Below are positions 1-14,255 of a stretch of 64,000 nucleotides of DNA, piece after piece. How positions within the stretch are numbered: position 1 is the first letter of the stretch; each line of letters opens with the position of its first letter. The position numbers and the translations under genes are program-made. The DNA lies in contig JBHGNT010000005.1 of the NCBI GenBank assembly GCA_043228905.1, positions 22,816,001-22,880,000 of the forward strand. The letters are read 5' to 3'. The notes under the pieces were generated by a model. The model saw only the letters and a program-made list of their open reading frames with translations, did no database searches and had not been told where the DNA came from. Origin of the DNA: Azolla caroliniana (lineage: Eukaryota > Plantae > Polypodiophyta).

Positions 1-11
1 CCTTTCCTGAG

Positions 12-3000
12 ATGCCTCCTCCCAAGAATACCAGTCACAGCAAGTCCATGAAACCTTCAGAACATCGCTATCTTGGTAGCAGCAGGAAAGACCCACCAGC
101 TGGCGCAGGTCCAGGAATGGCGGCAGGAAACAACACTCTCGGCCCCACAGGTGCTGCTGCTCAAGGTGTTTCGCATAGCAATGGTCCGGGTGGGACTGCC
201 CCTCTCCCCCCACGTGGTTCCTCCTCCTCCTCCTCCCCGAGATCTCTCCATCCTCGGCTGAATCCTCCTCAGAAAGGATCCGAAAAACTGTCGTCGGATC
301 GATCCAAACTATGGCAATCTCCATCATCATCTCTGAGAGAGAATCAATATAATTCTGCTTTACTTAAAAAACCCTCCCCTGTTCAGAAGGAGACTACCCA
401 ACATCAACAAAAAGAGACCCAACAACAAAGAAAAGGCTTTTGGAATTGGAGACCATTCAGGGCTTCCTCACCAGTTCCCACTCCGATGACACCACCACCA
501 CCACCACCACCACCACCCAATACTACCCAAAGAATGTGTTTTCATGTGCTTTTTTCTCTCCATGTGAAAGCCATCCATGGTCTCCCTAACTCTATGAATG
601 GCCTTCGCCTTACCATTCATTGGAAGAGAAAAGAAGAAGGCCTCCAGACCATGCCTTCTCGTATTATTCGAGGCTCTGTGGAGTTCGATGAAACGCTTCG
701 TCAAAGATGCATCGTTTTTGGGACACGAGATACGATGCCTGAGTGTGCAAACAGGCTTGACCATGCTGCCATCAAGTATGAATCCAAGCTTTTCACTATC
801 TCAGTCATCGCCCTTGATGTGGATGGGTTAGAGCTAGGTCAACATCATGTTGATTTGAGTAGACTTCTTCCTGAAGAGGATATTGATGATCCGAATGTCC
901 GGCATGGTAGTGGTTGGAGTACAAGCTTTCAGCTCTCAGGTAAAGCGAAGTCTAGCTATTTGGATGTCACTTTTAACTATGATTTGCTCCATTATGAATC
1001 CTCGGAGGCCAATGAGGATAATTATGGTGATGGTGATGGTCTTACCAACGATGGTGTTCTTGGCAATGATAGTGTTCTCACTAAGAATTCTGTTCTTATC
1101 AATGATGGCTTTCTCACCAATGCCATCAATGATTCTCTTGAGTCTAAACAAAGTTTACCTCAAGATTCAATTACTTCCTTTGAATTATTGGGAGAGAAGA
1201 GTGGTAATTCAGGCCTTGAAGAAGAATGCACTCAATCTTCTTTAAAAGACAATGAATTAGATGATTTTACTCTACAAGATGATCAGACTGAAAAGATTGA
1301 AAGTGCTTTTAATGAAATCCAAAATACTTCTAGTCATGAAGTTTTAATCATGTGTGGGTATGAAGAATGGACCGAAGAATTAAAAGAGAGTCAAGTTACT
1401 GATGTGAAAGTAGTAGGGAGTGGACCAGGTGAGTTTCCTTCATCTAGAGGCCTTCCACAAGATAGTCAAACCGAACAAATTCAGGGTACATTTGCACAAA
1501 TTGAGCGTACTTTTGCACAAATGGAAAGTACATTTAAGCATGAAGTGCTAGTGAATCATGGAACCGAAGAATGGAATAACGAATCAGAAGAGATTGAAGG
1601 AGTAGGAATCGGAGAAGAATGGAATAAGGAAAGAAAGCCAGAACACGAAATGGAGACAGAGTTTGATGATGAAATAGAGTTAGTGGCTGGAGAATTCTTA
1701 GACATGTTGGATATTGGGTTTGGGTCAGGTAATTCAAATTCTGAAGGTGAGCCGGACTCTCCCCGAGAAAGATTGCTGAGGCAATGCATAGACCTTTTTG
1801 CAAATGAAGATACAACTACTATAAGGCAAGAAAATGATATCATTCCATATGAAAATGAACTTCATGAGAATTGGGAATCCGATGGAGACATGCAATTGGC
1901 ATCTATTATGGAAGCTGCCGAATTAGAGCTTCAAAAGGCAGCTCAAAGCATGAAGAGCAAATCTCGAGCAAAAGCCTTAGAGGATGAAGAAACACAAGCT
2001 TTGATGAGAGAGTGGGGTTTAAGTGAGAAAGCTTTTCAAAACTCTCCTCCAAAGCCAAATAGAAGCAGTTCAATGTTGGGTCCACACTTGCCCATTCCAC
2101 CTCCCCTTGGAAATGGTCTCGGTCCGGTGTTGAACTTGAAAGATGGTGGATCGTTAAGATCTATGAGCCCTTCTCTTTTTTCTAAGAATAAAACCAGTGG
2201 TGGTGGCTCATTGGTAATGCAAGCTTCCAAACCGGTTGTTGTGCCTTCTACAATGGGCACCACTACTGTAGAAATTTTGAGGCATTTGGCTTCATTTGGT
2301 ATGGAAACCCTTGGAAAACAAGCTATGGCTGCCATGCCTCTACAGGATATAACTGGTATGTTAACAAATGAAACTATTGCAATGAACATCCTTGAGGATC
2401 ACGTGGATCAAAGTCGTCTTCAACATGGAAATAGGTGAAGAAAAAAGTATTCGTTTTCATTAATTCCTAAATGCCTTTCCATATATAGTTCTTTGAGAAG
2501 ACAAAGAAATATAAATGGAACAGACAATTTCTTTTTGAACAGTCATCGAGGCAGTATACTAATAGCAGTTTGGATCTGAATGATTTTTTTGTCACAGGAA
2601 TCAGAATTCATCCTTTATGGGGATCCAAAGTGAAATGGGAGTTGATAGGGCTGGATCAAGAAAAACTCCCTCAAACAATCAGTCAAAGGACAAGTTAGTT
2701 GGAGGTTATGATGACTATGTGTCGCTTGAAGATCTAGCACCGCTTGCGATGGAAAATATTGAATCGCTTGCTATTGATGGATTAAAAATACAAGCTGATA
2801 TGCCCGAAGAGGATGCACCTTCCTATTTAGATGCAGCTGCTTGGGGCATTCTCGATGACACAAAGAGAAGAGAAGACAAAGATAGCATCAGTTTGTCCGA
2901 TGGTGTGGCTGGCTTGCATTTCAAAAGCTTGCAAAGAGGGGATGATTTATCTTTGGAAACAAAGAATAGTGGTCCACTTTCTATGGCAATAACTTTAGAC

Positions 3001-3774
3001 GAATGGGCAAAGCTAGATAAAGGAGTATTGGAAGGTGATAACGACACAAAAGAAAAGAGTTTGGCCATTTTAGCTGCTCATAATGCATTTCAACGAGACT
3101 GGGATGGGAACGATGGTAAAAGAGCTTATGCGAAGAAGGGAGGTATAATGGGGAACACTCTTATGATTGCCATGCTTGTTCAACTGAGAGATCCTCTTCG
3201 TAACTTTGAACCTGTGGGAGCACCCATGATGGCACTTATTCAAGCCGAAAGAGTTATGGTACCCCCTAAACCGCGAATTGGAAGAAGAGTATCAGTGAAG
3301 GGTAATAATGAACAAGAAGATGGTGATGGTGGTGATGGTGATGGTGATGGTGATGATGAAGTGAAAGGGAAAGCAAAAGGTTCGTTTATGAAAGAAGATA
3401 TGCCACAATTTAAACTCATGGGCGTTCACATGTCTGGGTTGAAATCAATAGAAGGTGATGATAATGAGGTGAAGGCTGGGAAAGGAAGTGAGATTCAAAA
3501 GAAAAGCTGGGGTAGTCAAAAGCAAATTCAATCGGGATCTCGTTGGTTGCTTGCACAAGGGATGACAAAATCATCTTCAAAACAACATTCACTTCTAAAG
3601 TCTAAAGGTGGTACTGCGCCAGCACAAACTAAAGTAAAACCTGGTGAGACACTTTGGAGTATATCAGCACGAGTGAATGGATCTGGGCAAAAGTGGCGGG
3701 ATCTGGCAGCTTTGAACCCTCATATAAGGAATCCAGATGTCATCTTTAGCAATGAAACAATAAGAACGAGGTAG
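12..3774 (+). CDS. PMIR1: PLASTID MOVEMENT IMPAIRED1-RELATED (PMIR1/2-like) protein, NT-C2 domain plus C-terminal LysM-like domain, ~1199 aa, 2 exons
   Basis: Exons 12-2434 and 2598-3774 join in frame across a GT..AG intron (AG|gtgaag ... gtcacag|G). Family-like motifs: KGFWNWRPF, LFSLHVKAIHGLP..VEFDETL (NT-C2), EPDSPRERLLRQ, LEDEETQALMREWGL, YVSLEDLAPLAM, LVQLRDPLRNFEPVGAPMMALIQ, ETLWSISARV...LNPHIRNPDVIF. The start codon is near the window edge, so it is less certain. Confidence 0.9.
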
Positions 3775-4699
3775 AGCACGTTCATTCGTTCATTATTGTG
3801 TTTCCTAAAGAGCAAGTGTATAAGGAAAGGCCACTCCGAAAAAGCAATTTCACGTTAATTCGGGTTCTTTATGGGCTTTGCACCTTCACTTTTTACCTAT
3901 ATATTACAATATTACTGTGGGCCTCCTGATTGGTTGTCATCATCATTTGTACACACCTTAATAGTCTGCTTTTGGTATTCAGACCAAAAATATATAATGA
4001 TTTTTCGAGGCCGGTATGATAAACAAAAGAAATCGTATGTAAAAAAGAAGTTAGAACTGGTTTGATTTTTACGACTCCACTATTTTGGGCATACAATTTC
4101 TAATAAAAAGGGTGACAAAGTGTTCTGATGGTTTGGGGCTTCTTGTCACTTCTCCCATTTAAGTTCCATATTAACATATCCTGTCTGAGTTTTTAAACTC
4201 ATATTGCTGATATTTTTAGTGGATTTTGTTCTGGAGAAAACATGGAGCAAAGATTCAATATTGTCTATGTATTCGGAATCATTAGGCAACCAATAAGATA
4301 GATTAAGCTTCCCATAAAGATAAGGACATGTATATTTTCCATTAGAAACTCAGCAAGTGGCTTGTGGCATAAAATCAGCAAAAATGGCCACATCACATAT
4401 TTAGCTTGTAAGATATGCGTATTCCTTTTGAAGCAAACAACTTAAGCTTAGTGGGATTCATATGTAATGAGAAAAACCACCAAATCACAAATGAACTTTG
4501 TTAGCTTGGAGGAAGTGTCAAAATGAAGAATCAATTGGTTTCCTATTGTGATGAGTAATGCATATGGAATCCATTACTTCACTATAATGATATTAATGAC
4601 CAATAAGATTGTGCTCATCTATCTTGGAATGTAGATGTAGTTTCTTCAACCTACAACTAGTTTGATTGTAATGACCAAATTCGGAGCAACGTTTATGAA

Positions 4700-5690
4700 T
4701 ATGCTATAAAGAGTGTTTTCAAGTAGTCATACAATGATTAAAACAGAGCGCGTACAATGCGCTCTTTATTCTCTCTTATTTTGTAGAGAGATTGTACATA
4801 TCGATTTTCTTCCTTGTATAGAATATCATTTGGTACATATGCATTTGCAAATTTATGTGACGTACAATATCCTAGAAATGTTTGCGTTATTGTGTCATGG
4901 CTACTTTCAAGGTTCTTTTATTCAAAATTCATATGTTCTTGAATGCAAACTAACATTAAATGTGATGATGTAATTTCAAAGTAATGTACATTCGTTGGGT
5001 TTTCACATTCCTTGTATGTTGAGCATGCATGTCTTATTTGAGCATACGTAAAGAATATAAAGTGTGGAGTGAACTCATCAATGGCACTTCCAAAAGGGTA
5101 ACAATGACAAGTTTTTGAAATTGTCGCTTTGCTATTCAATTAATACGTTCGTTGACCATTCAATTTGCACCAATACACCTTTTCCCTTTGTTTATGTTGT
5201 ATGTGCATGTGCCCTTTAGCCACCCATGTTTTCATATTTGTATTCCATGCATAGTCACTTGTCAACCATGATTCTATGTTATTGTAGTTCCCATGTTCGT
5301 GTGCTCTTTGGGCACCAACAAATACCTCATTGACAATAGTCCTATTGGAAATTTGTATCTCTGGAAAATGAGCTATTTCTTTGCCTCTCGAGAACCATGT
5401 GAAAATTACCTCTTTATGTAAGAGTCTTGAGCATGCTTGTATTTTACCCATGGCCATGAAAACATAAACTATAGTTGACATGGAGTTAAAAGCATATCTA
5501 TGAAAGTGGATGGGAGTATTAATGTTGTGTTTTTGTTTATTGGAACAAGTCGAAATTCTTTCCTCAGTAAAGTGTTCATCTTGCCTACTAAGGGTTCAAA
5601 ATGTCCTGTTACCCATGTGGCGACCACACCACTTAGTTGTGGTTCCAATATTGTAGCGTTTTTACACACATTTATTTATTACTATATGGT
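4700..5690 (-). mobile_element. Highly decayed coding-like remnant, possibly a Mutator/SWIM-type DNA transposon
   Basis: Chain of broken Cys/His/Trp-rich minus-strand ORFs (4918-5139, 5140-5481, 5469-5669) in intergenic DNA; no TIR or TSD found. The family call is inference only. Confidence 0.25.
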
Positions 5691-6664
5691 GTGATTTCAC
5701 ATGCACGCACACACACACACATGTCTATCATAAATTGAGCGAATTTAGAGTTTGGTAATTGGTGAAGGTATTGAATGTAGGACACATTACCCAAAGTATG
5801 AGAGGGCACTATGTAATGAAGGACCCATATGACGATCTCATCTTCCTTTGGTGGGTAATGCCGGTGGCTTTAACACATTTCGAATGATACATTTTTTTAC
5901 ATATAATGATAGAGGAGGATACCCAATTGCAAAAGCCATTTGGTTTAGTTGTCAAGACAACTTTGGCCCATCATATTTATGTGGGAAAATATTGTTATCC
6001 TTTTTTTTTCACTGGTTTTTTTTTTGGTTCAAGGAGCCAAAGGTTTAAACTTTATCCTCCCCATAATAAGCTAAGGTTGTCTTTTTTACTATACCTTAAG
6101 TATGAGAGAAATGGGCTCACCCTAGTGGGTTCTATTCCCAATTTTCTCATCTCTCTCTCTCTCTCTTTGGTGAAAACACACAATTATATTAATAAATGTG
6201 GGTAAAAAACACTACTTACAATGGGTGTGACCATAATAAAGTATGGTCACCCACTAACTACACTACACTACATGGGTAATGGAACATGTTGAATTGCCAA
6301 TAGACAAGACGAACATTCCACTGAGGAAAGGATTTCCACTTGCTCCAATAAAGAAAATTGTCATATTAGTACTCCCTTCAACTTTCGTAGATATGTTTTC
6401 ACTCCATGCCTATGATTGAATACAAAAGCGTTGCGCATATTATTCCAATTATAACGCAATCCCCAATATCTCAAAAATAAAATAAAATCTCCATCTCTAA
6501 CTTTGGCAAATTGTACAAACACCCTGATAAAACTTACCAAATTTGAGAAATGTAACTCGAGAGAAGCAATAGGGTATTGTACAAATCTGTTCTCTCTCTC
6601 TCTGCATTTTCTTGTTCTTCAATCCTTATACTTAAATTAAATCTTCACCTCTCTGCCATCGGCC

Positions 6665-6923
6665 ATGGCGACGCTCAGCTCCTACCTCGCAGATCTCTCC
6701 CACCGTTGCCCGCTTCTTGCCTCACCTTCATGGTCCGCTGTAAGTCTTCATCTCTCTCTCTCTCTGTCTTTTAATTCTTGAATTTCAGTGTTCTTCTCTC
6801 TCTCTCTCTCTCTCTGTTTGTCTTTTGATTCACGACCTCAATGTCCTCTCTGTCTGTCTGTCTTTTGATTCATGACTTTCAATGTGCTCTCTCTCTATGT
6901 TTTTTTATTCTTGAATTTCCATG

Positions 6924-6967
<44 letters not shown>

Positions 6968-9900
6968 ATTCACTGGTTTCAATCTGGTCTCTCTATGTCT
7001 TTTGATTCATGACTTTAAATGTTCTCTGTCACTCTCCGTCTTTTGATTCATTACTTTTAATGTTCTCCCCCCCCCCCCCCGTTTCTGCACAATACCAGGC
7101 TTTTATTCTTCTCTGCTACTTTTTTGTCCTTGCGCTTCTGGATCGTCTTCTTCCTGGACAAATCATTCCAGGATCTATTCTTGTAGATAAGAGCAGAAAA
7201 TATTACAAGTGCAATGGTTAGTGCTTCTTTTTCTTTCCTTTTTTCTTCATACATTTTTCTTTTCCATGGTGTAAGTGTGAAAATCATCGGATTATCTATC
7301 TATTAACATCAAAGATAACGGAAATGGAAGGTACATTGTGATGTTTTACGCAGAAACATGGAGGATAGTGTATTTTTTAGGTTGATTAACCAGAATTCTT
7401 TAATAAATCAGAATTCCCTATCTATGTTTCTATGCATAAAACCAGATGTTTTTCTAGATACTAAAAACTAGAATTAAAAATAATTAAATTATATACACCA
7501 GGTCACATCCAAAAAATTACTCCCAAAGATCTTGACTAGTAGGTATTTGATTAGTTGCAACATAATGTTTTTCATAAACCTGTTTTTATAACGTTTTTCA
7601 AAGCCTTCTTCATGCTGATTTCATTTGAATCCTTTAGTACATATTAATGATCGGTACACTTGGTATTACCTCAATATTTCAAGTCATTACACGTATAGTA
7701 ATATTTAAGTTAAATTCAGATACCTATACAAGTCAGTGTTTTCCTTCCTGTTCCTTGTATATTTGATAATTGACAGGCTTATCATCGCTCTTGCTGCTGC
7801 TGCTCGCATTTATATTAGGTGCAAACATGCAATATTTCAACCCAGCGGTAAGAGGCATGAGCGAGATAGACGAACAAAACTTTTTGTGGACTTTCTCGAT
7901 TTTTTCCTGCTTGGCATTTCTAATTTGTAAATTTGGATGCCGCTGCTTTTGAAAGACCAAAGCTTATTCGTTAAGGAATCTAAGATTAAATGGAAGTATG
8001 CCACTATTTTCAGAAATGCTGATTGAAAACACCATCCCATTGCATAGGTGCATTAGTGAAGGTCTGAAGACAGCTTTTTGTTTAGAAGAAAGGATATTTA
8101 ATTAGTGCACAAATCAAATAATGAAGGGAAAACTGTGATCACAATCATTTGGCCCAATTTGGAAAATTTTAAATTAAACTAAAGTTATGTTTTTAAAAGC
8201 ATATTCTCATAGCTTTTCATGTACTAATTCAGGTCTTCACTACAGGTTATAGCAGATAAAGGTGGAGAGCTTTTATCCACTATACTCACCCTTTCTTTCT
8301 TGGTAAGCATATCACCTGTAAGCGTGAGTCCACCTATTTTGCATTCATGCATTTGCATCCTTGCCTGAAGGTTATTCCTCCTTGTTCTGCATAAATTTGT
8401 TATTACAATATTCTGCACATTGTACTTGATTCCTTAGTATGTGGTTGTATCATCTTGTCTGCTGCTGTAGTTCTGTCTTGCCAATGTTTGGAATTCTTTT
8501 TGTCACTTGGATGATCGCATTTATTGAAGAGAACCACTGGACAACACTGAGCAGTCAAGCTATTGGTTTGGTATCATTGCAGCTCTGCGATGAGTAGATT
8601 GTTTCATTACATCCTGGTGAATATTTGCTACTAGGTAGACTTTGAGAAGAGCACCTAGGCATGAAGGATTTGCTGGTCGGTGGTGATAAAGTTGCTCACT
8701 TGTATTATTTGTGTACAATAAGTGTCAGACTTCTGAGAAGAAAAGATGAAGTTATTGATTGTAGTCACTGATAGTATAGGATATTGAAAATCAAGAGCAC
8801 TGAGCATACATGATTTGTTAGTCATCCAATGCAATGCTAGACGTTCAAGCCTCTAGGAAGATAGTGGTAATTCTGGTAACATGTTTTTGCGACAAACCAT
8901 GATGCTTCATGGACGGTGGCCACAAAATGTTGCCAACAGCCTTTCAACTCCTGTTCATAAAGTAGCATAAAACAAAAAATATGTTGAAGAATATGCACTG
9001 GTGATTAGATAGATAGAGATTATGTTGTCTATTAATGTTGAGCTCTCTATACTGCATGACAGAACTGGAACTTTTGCAAACATAGCAACAACTCAGAAGT
9101 TGGCGCTTGTCCAAACCCAATAATCTACTGTCTGTGTTGATGTGAGCTGGGTCTGAGTATTACTGTGGTTGGCAACTTTCCTTTATAATACAATAATAAC
9201 TAAGAGAAGTATTAATGTGTCTTGAGATGAGCTGTGCTGTGAAAATTCTTGTAGTAGCCGTTACCATTGAGGCAATGAAGATGCTTGAGAAGTTTGAATT
9301 GGATACTACTGTATCTAGTTATCCTAAATGCAACTGTTGATAACTGATCTTAATATTTATTACCATGATATCTGGAACTTTTTTTCATTTCAGGCATCTT
9401 TGCTGATATTCATTGCCGGTAGTGTATCCCGAAGCAAAAGTGCATCATTAAGACCTCATTTGACTGGAAACGTCATTCATGACTGGTGAGCATGCTTTTA
9501 TTTGTGAATTAGAATTAATATTTAATGGATTTAATCTATGTAAGCATCTCTTTTAAGAAGAAAGATGGTAACATGTACCCCACGAAGACACCATGTTCTC
9601 CTTTTTTTGAATTACAGAGAAAAGTTCATATAATCTTAGGGTAGTATTTAGGATAATAGTTATATTTCATATAATCTTACCCATTAGATAAGTTTTTCAA
9701 GTGGGATTATGCTTTGATTTGTCTTTACAGACAAAACTACAAATCAGCATTAAAATGCATACCATTTAGGATAGTAATATGTTTACTAAAATCTGATGCA
9801 TTTGACAATAGAAATTAGAACTACTGTCAATGGCGAAGTCTGATATCTGCCTCAATTGTTGTCGGATCAGAGGGTGGGAAAATTCAAATAAGAGATGGAT

Positions 9901-12900
9901 AAGAGAGGCAGAATCTGGGTTTGTGTCAGTGCTGTTCTAAAATCTAGAGATGCATTGTAATTGAGGAGTCAATTATATACACGATGTTGTGTACATTGGA
10001 TAGATTTTCAAATGTTCTTGTACATTTCAGCATTCTTTTAAATATTTCTTCAAACTAGTCCTTGCCTCCAAAACGTACTCTTATTGTTTTGCAGGTGGTT
10101 CGGCGTGCAGTTGAACCCAACCTTTTTGACCATTGACTTGAAGTTAGTTCAAACATTCCATTCTGTATTAATGTCTTTTATTTACGTGACATGCTTCAAA
10201 AGAAATAATATCAATTGTCAAAAGTTTTTTAATGTGATGTGTTTATCTGTCTTATTATCCACAAAATGTTGAATCAATTTTATTAGTAAGGACACAGAGA
10301 TCATGCTCAATGATGCCCTGTCACTTTGCTCGACATGTTAAACGCACAAAACTTGGCCAAAGCCACGAGCACGAGAGCGTGGAAGTTATTTTAAAATTTC
10401 TAATGCATTTTATCTAGATAACAAACTTTTCTAGAAATAATAGCTGTTGCTAAAAGTTTTTGTTTGAAAAGAATGTATCTTTGATGTGTGTTTACCTTAC
10501 CTGTCTTACTATCCATAAAATGTAAAATGATTTATTGAAGATATAGATCGTGCTCAAGTTTGCCCTGTCATCTTGATATTGCTAGACATTTTGAACAAAA
10601 AAAACACCTTGGTCAAAGCCATGACCATGAGACCAGGTGATCTTGGTCGAGAGTCATTTGGGGATAATTATAAATCAGATTGAGAAGTTTGGGTAACCAT
10701 ATCCATTCAGAAGATTGTTAGATAATGGGAAAGTAAAGGATAGTGAGGGAGCTGAGGCTTATATATTGGACTGATGGCTATTGATGATTGATGGTGAATC
10801 TGGATGAAAAACTAGCTTACCTACATGAATGAATTCACATTTCTATTCTTATTGGAATGTCAGGAACTCTTTTGATAGCTTCCATGGCTACTATGAACTA
10901 GTCATATTTGTAAGTTTTTTTCAGGATTTCAAAGATCTCCACAATCATGAAATATCTTGGATGTCATGCTGAATGTAGAAATATTTTTGGAGGCTAGTTA
11001 GGTGCTATCAGCTACACTCTACAGTCTATAGCCCAATCTATATAGTTGTATCTTAAATGCAGATCATCCCTGTGCATAATAATGGTGGTTTTAAGTTTTT
11101 TCTGGCAGGAAAAGGTTCCCAACCAAGCAAATGATATTGCTTATAAACAAGATCTTTCAGGGTCTTTACTCCATGTTGGTCAATCGTTGATGGTCTTTTT
11201 TTGGTTTTTATCAATTTCAGATGTTTATAATCAGGAGCTTGAAATATTTCCTCAGCTTGTTTCTGCCATTATTCTTGAGTTGAAGATTATGCACATGATA
11301 TGTGTTATTACTTGGAATATAATGAGCCCCCTTAACATCATAGGAAATATTTTGCCTCAGACTCCTTAATTTCCATTTTTTTTTGGGATAACTGGTAGCA
11401 GTTCCATTGATTGTGTCATCTAATCTTTACAGTGACCTTGTCATTCACTTCTTGCTAATGTGTCTGTGGAGTAAGCTGTGACAGAGATGACATAAATTTC
11501 ATAGATGCTTGAGGACAGTTATCTGTTTCTTATTTATTCAAGTATTTAAAGTAGGTCTGGTGCCGATAATGACGTGTGAAACACAGCCTTAAATAGGGAT
11601 TACATGAATGACATTTATAGATCATCTATTATTTGTGAATGCAGATCCATCTGCCTCTGGAAGTATATATACTTCAATGTTATACTATAATGTCATATAT
11701 ATGTTGTGGGGATACCAAAACTGATCAAGTTACAAATCTGAAAAGTTTAGAGAACTTTGCATCCTAAAGGGTTTACTGCTTTTAAGAGTACAGGAAACCC
11801 ATCTTTAAGAATAAGTAAACTTTTTGAGAAACCTATAGTTAACAGAACGGTTTTCCCAACTGGAAAATGAAACAAAGATCCTACAGTTATGGAAACTCAT
11901 GTTAATGATGATTTACCCTATAATTATGGATGCTCATGCCAATGATGATTTTCGCAGGTTTTTTGCCATTAAGTCAGGTATGATGGGGTGGTTTTTCTTA
12001 AATCTATCAGTTGCAGCAAAACAACATCAAATTGAAGGAACACTTAGTCTACCAATGATACTTTACCAGTGTTTCTCGATGGTATTTACAAGTACAAATT
12101 TGATATTTATGTCAAAGATCTTTATTATTGCAATGCTTAACTTTTCTTTCTTTGGCAGATCTATCTGCTGGACTATTTCTGGTTTGAAGAGTTCATGACA
12201 TCCACGTATGTAACAGAACAAAACATTACCTTCAAATTGTGTACGCTCTGAGTCAACTTGTGAACTGTTAGATCGTTCCTACAGGGAATGACATGTGAAA
12301 TTTTGGAGATGGTTTATGTGGTTGACTGATGGTAGATTGCTTTGATAGTACCCTGGCTCATACTTCGTTCGCTCTTGCTTATCATTGGTAGAAAGCCTTA
12401 TAGGGGTATACCTGCATGATGGATTTTATTTCCCGTTATGCCTTGATGAATCTTGTTTCCTCCATAATATGATCTTCTGGAGATTATTCTCCTTAGCAAC
12501 TGTAATTGAAATTGGTTAATTTACATTTTGTTTTATTGCAGTTTTCTCCCTTGTTATTCTTTATTCATAACTTTGTTTCGATGCAGCTGGGATATCATTG
12601 CAGAAAACTTTGGGTTCATGTTGATATTTGGAGATTTAGTCTGGATACCGTTCACTTTTAGTATCCAGGTTTGTCATGATTATGGTAAAATAAGTTTAAC
12701 ATTAAATTTATTGTATTGAAACTAAAATATTAGCTACCAATGAAGGGCTGGTGGCTATTGCGACACAAGCCGGAATTGACTGCTATTGCAGCTGCACTGA
12801 ATGTTGTAATTTTTATATTGGGGTATGTGGTCTTTCACACATTCGAACAGTATTATAGCTAATTTTGACATATCATTCAGATGTCTAACTGTTTTGTCTT

Positions 12901-14255
12901 TACATAGGTTTGCAATCTTCCGGGGAGCAAATATGCAGAAACATATTTTTAAAAAGGATTCAAATGCCTTAATATGGGGCCAACCACCAAAAACTATTGG
13001 GGGAAAGCTCCTTGTTTCGGGCTTTTGGTAGAGCACATGCCTTCATTCAATGTGATATTTCGTATAAATGAAAATATATAAAACGCTTTGAAAATATATT
13101 AACTATAAAGTAAAATATTTTGAATTCCTAGATTTATGTAGATGATTATTACATAGCCCAGATCTAAGCTGCTAAGACAATTGCATGAGCACTTAGAAAA
13201 TTTAAATTCAAATGAGAAGAAAACAGGAAGCACTCCCCATCATATCTTTTCATCCGATATGGGATACTCCTACTTAGTGATAGAAGCTGTTTATCTATAG
13301 CTTTAGGTAATGAAATCAAACAAATGTGAACTTGAATGAGGTCACAATGTTCCTAGAATCTAAACCCGCATCAATTGATGCATTGCAAAATGTGAAAATA
13401 CATTGACATTATTGTAGCAAAATTGCAAAAGCCTAAAACATGTTTTGTCTATAACCGTACATTAAAACTTCAAGCTCAAAATCTTGTTTTGGTATGCTAC
13501 ATGTGATGTTATCCTGAACTTGGATTTAATTCCGGCACATTCTTTTTCCATTATTTACAGAGAGGTCAAAAAATTAAAATAACTGTAATAGTGTGGCAGA
13601 CAAAGTCAGGTTAGGGGCTTTACCCCTTGAAATTCTTCTAAGAAATGTCATTGCCGATGTTTGAAAATACCATGTGTTGTTCAGACACCGGCCAGGTTGG
13701 ACGTAGGACCAATTGAAGGTAAACCAGAAGAACACAGTCATCGGCTCCAAACCTCTAATGCTATCATCTGCATTAAAGTGTTTCTAATATATAAACTAGA
13801 ACAATGTTGGTGAAGACAATATGAGGACATCCACATTAAAGTGTTTCTAATATATAAACTAAAACAATGTTTGTGAAGACAATATGAGGACAAAAATTCA
13901 GTCTTGTTTGACAGTATTATGGCTAACTAAACAGCTTGAATCTGCAGGGGGATTTCAAGGCACTGCAACTATCTTGGAGACATTGTTATTGCCTTTTCCT
14001 TTAGTCTACCTTGTGGGGCAAGGTAAATACATGATGGTTCAAAATAATCTGAAAAGTTCTGGCTTTCTTTTAGATAATGATTATCTGTTGAATATTTGCA
14101 GATCCATTATCCCCTACTTCTATCCAATTTATCTCTTTACTTTGCTTATTTGGAGAGAACGGAGAGATGAAGCTAGATGCAATGAAAAATACCAGGACTT
14201 GTGGAAGCAGTATTGCAAAGTTGTGCCTTGGAGAATTTTCCCTTATTTATATTAG
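6665..14255 (+). CDS. FK: Delta(14)-sterol reductase (FACKEL/HYDRA2, ERG24 family), ~379 aa, 13 exons
   Basis: Exons 6665-6739, 7099-7216, 7777-7847, 8246-8302, 9394-9485, 10095-10142, 11958-12081, 12159-12205, 12587-12668, 12746-12822, 12908-13027, 13948-14022, 14102-14255 total 1140 nt with GT-AG introns. Motifs: [94 protein letters not shown]. Confidence 0.95.
6765..7070 (+). repeat. About 7 degenerate copies of GTCTTTTGATTCATGACTTTCAATGT separated by (CT)n tracts, filling FK intron 1
   Basis: Copies start near 6766, 6820, 6860, 6899, 6962, 6998 and 7038. Confidence 0.8.
10205..10632 (+). repeat. Diverged ~170-190 bp direct duplication in FK intron 6
   Basis: tgatgtgt..ctgtctta.tatcca.aaaatg...gatc.tgctcaa..tgccctgtca...cttgg.caaagcca.ga.ca.gaga occurs at ~10205-10378 and ~10435-10632. 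Confidence 0.7.
13771..13891 (+). repeat. ~60 bp tandem duplication in FK intron 11
   Basis: cattaaagtgtttctaatatataaacta(g/a)aacaatgtt(g/t)gtgaagacaatatgaggaca occurs twice. Confidence 0.9.
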
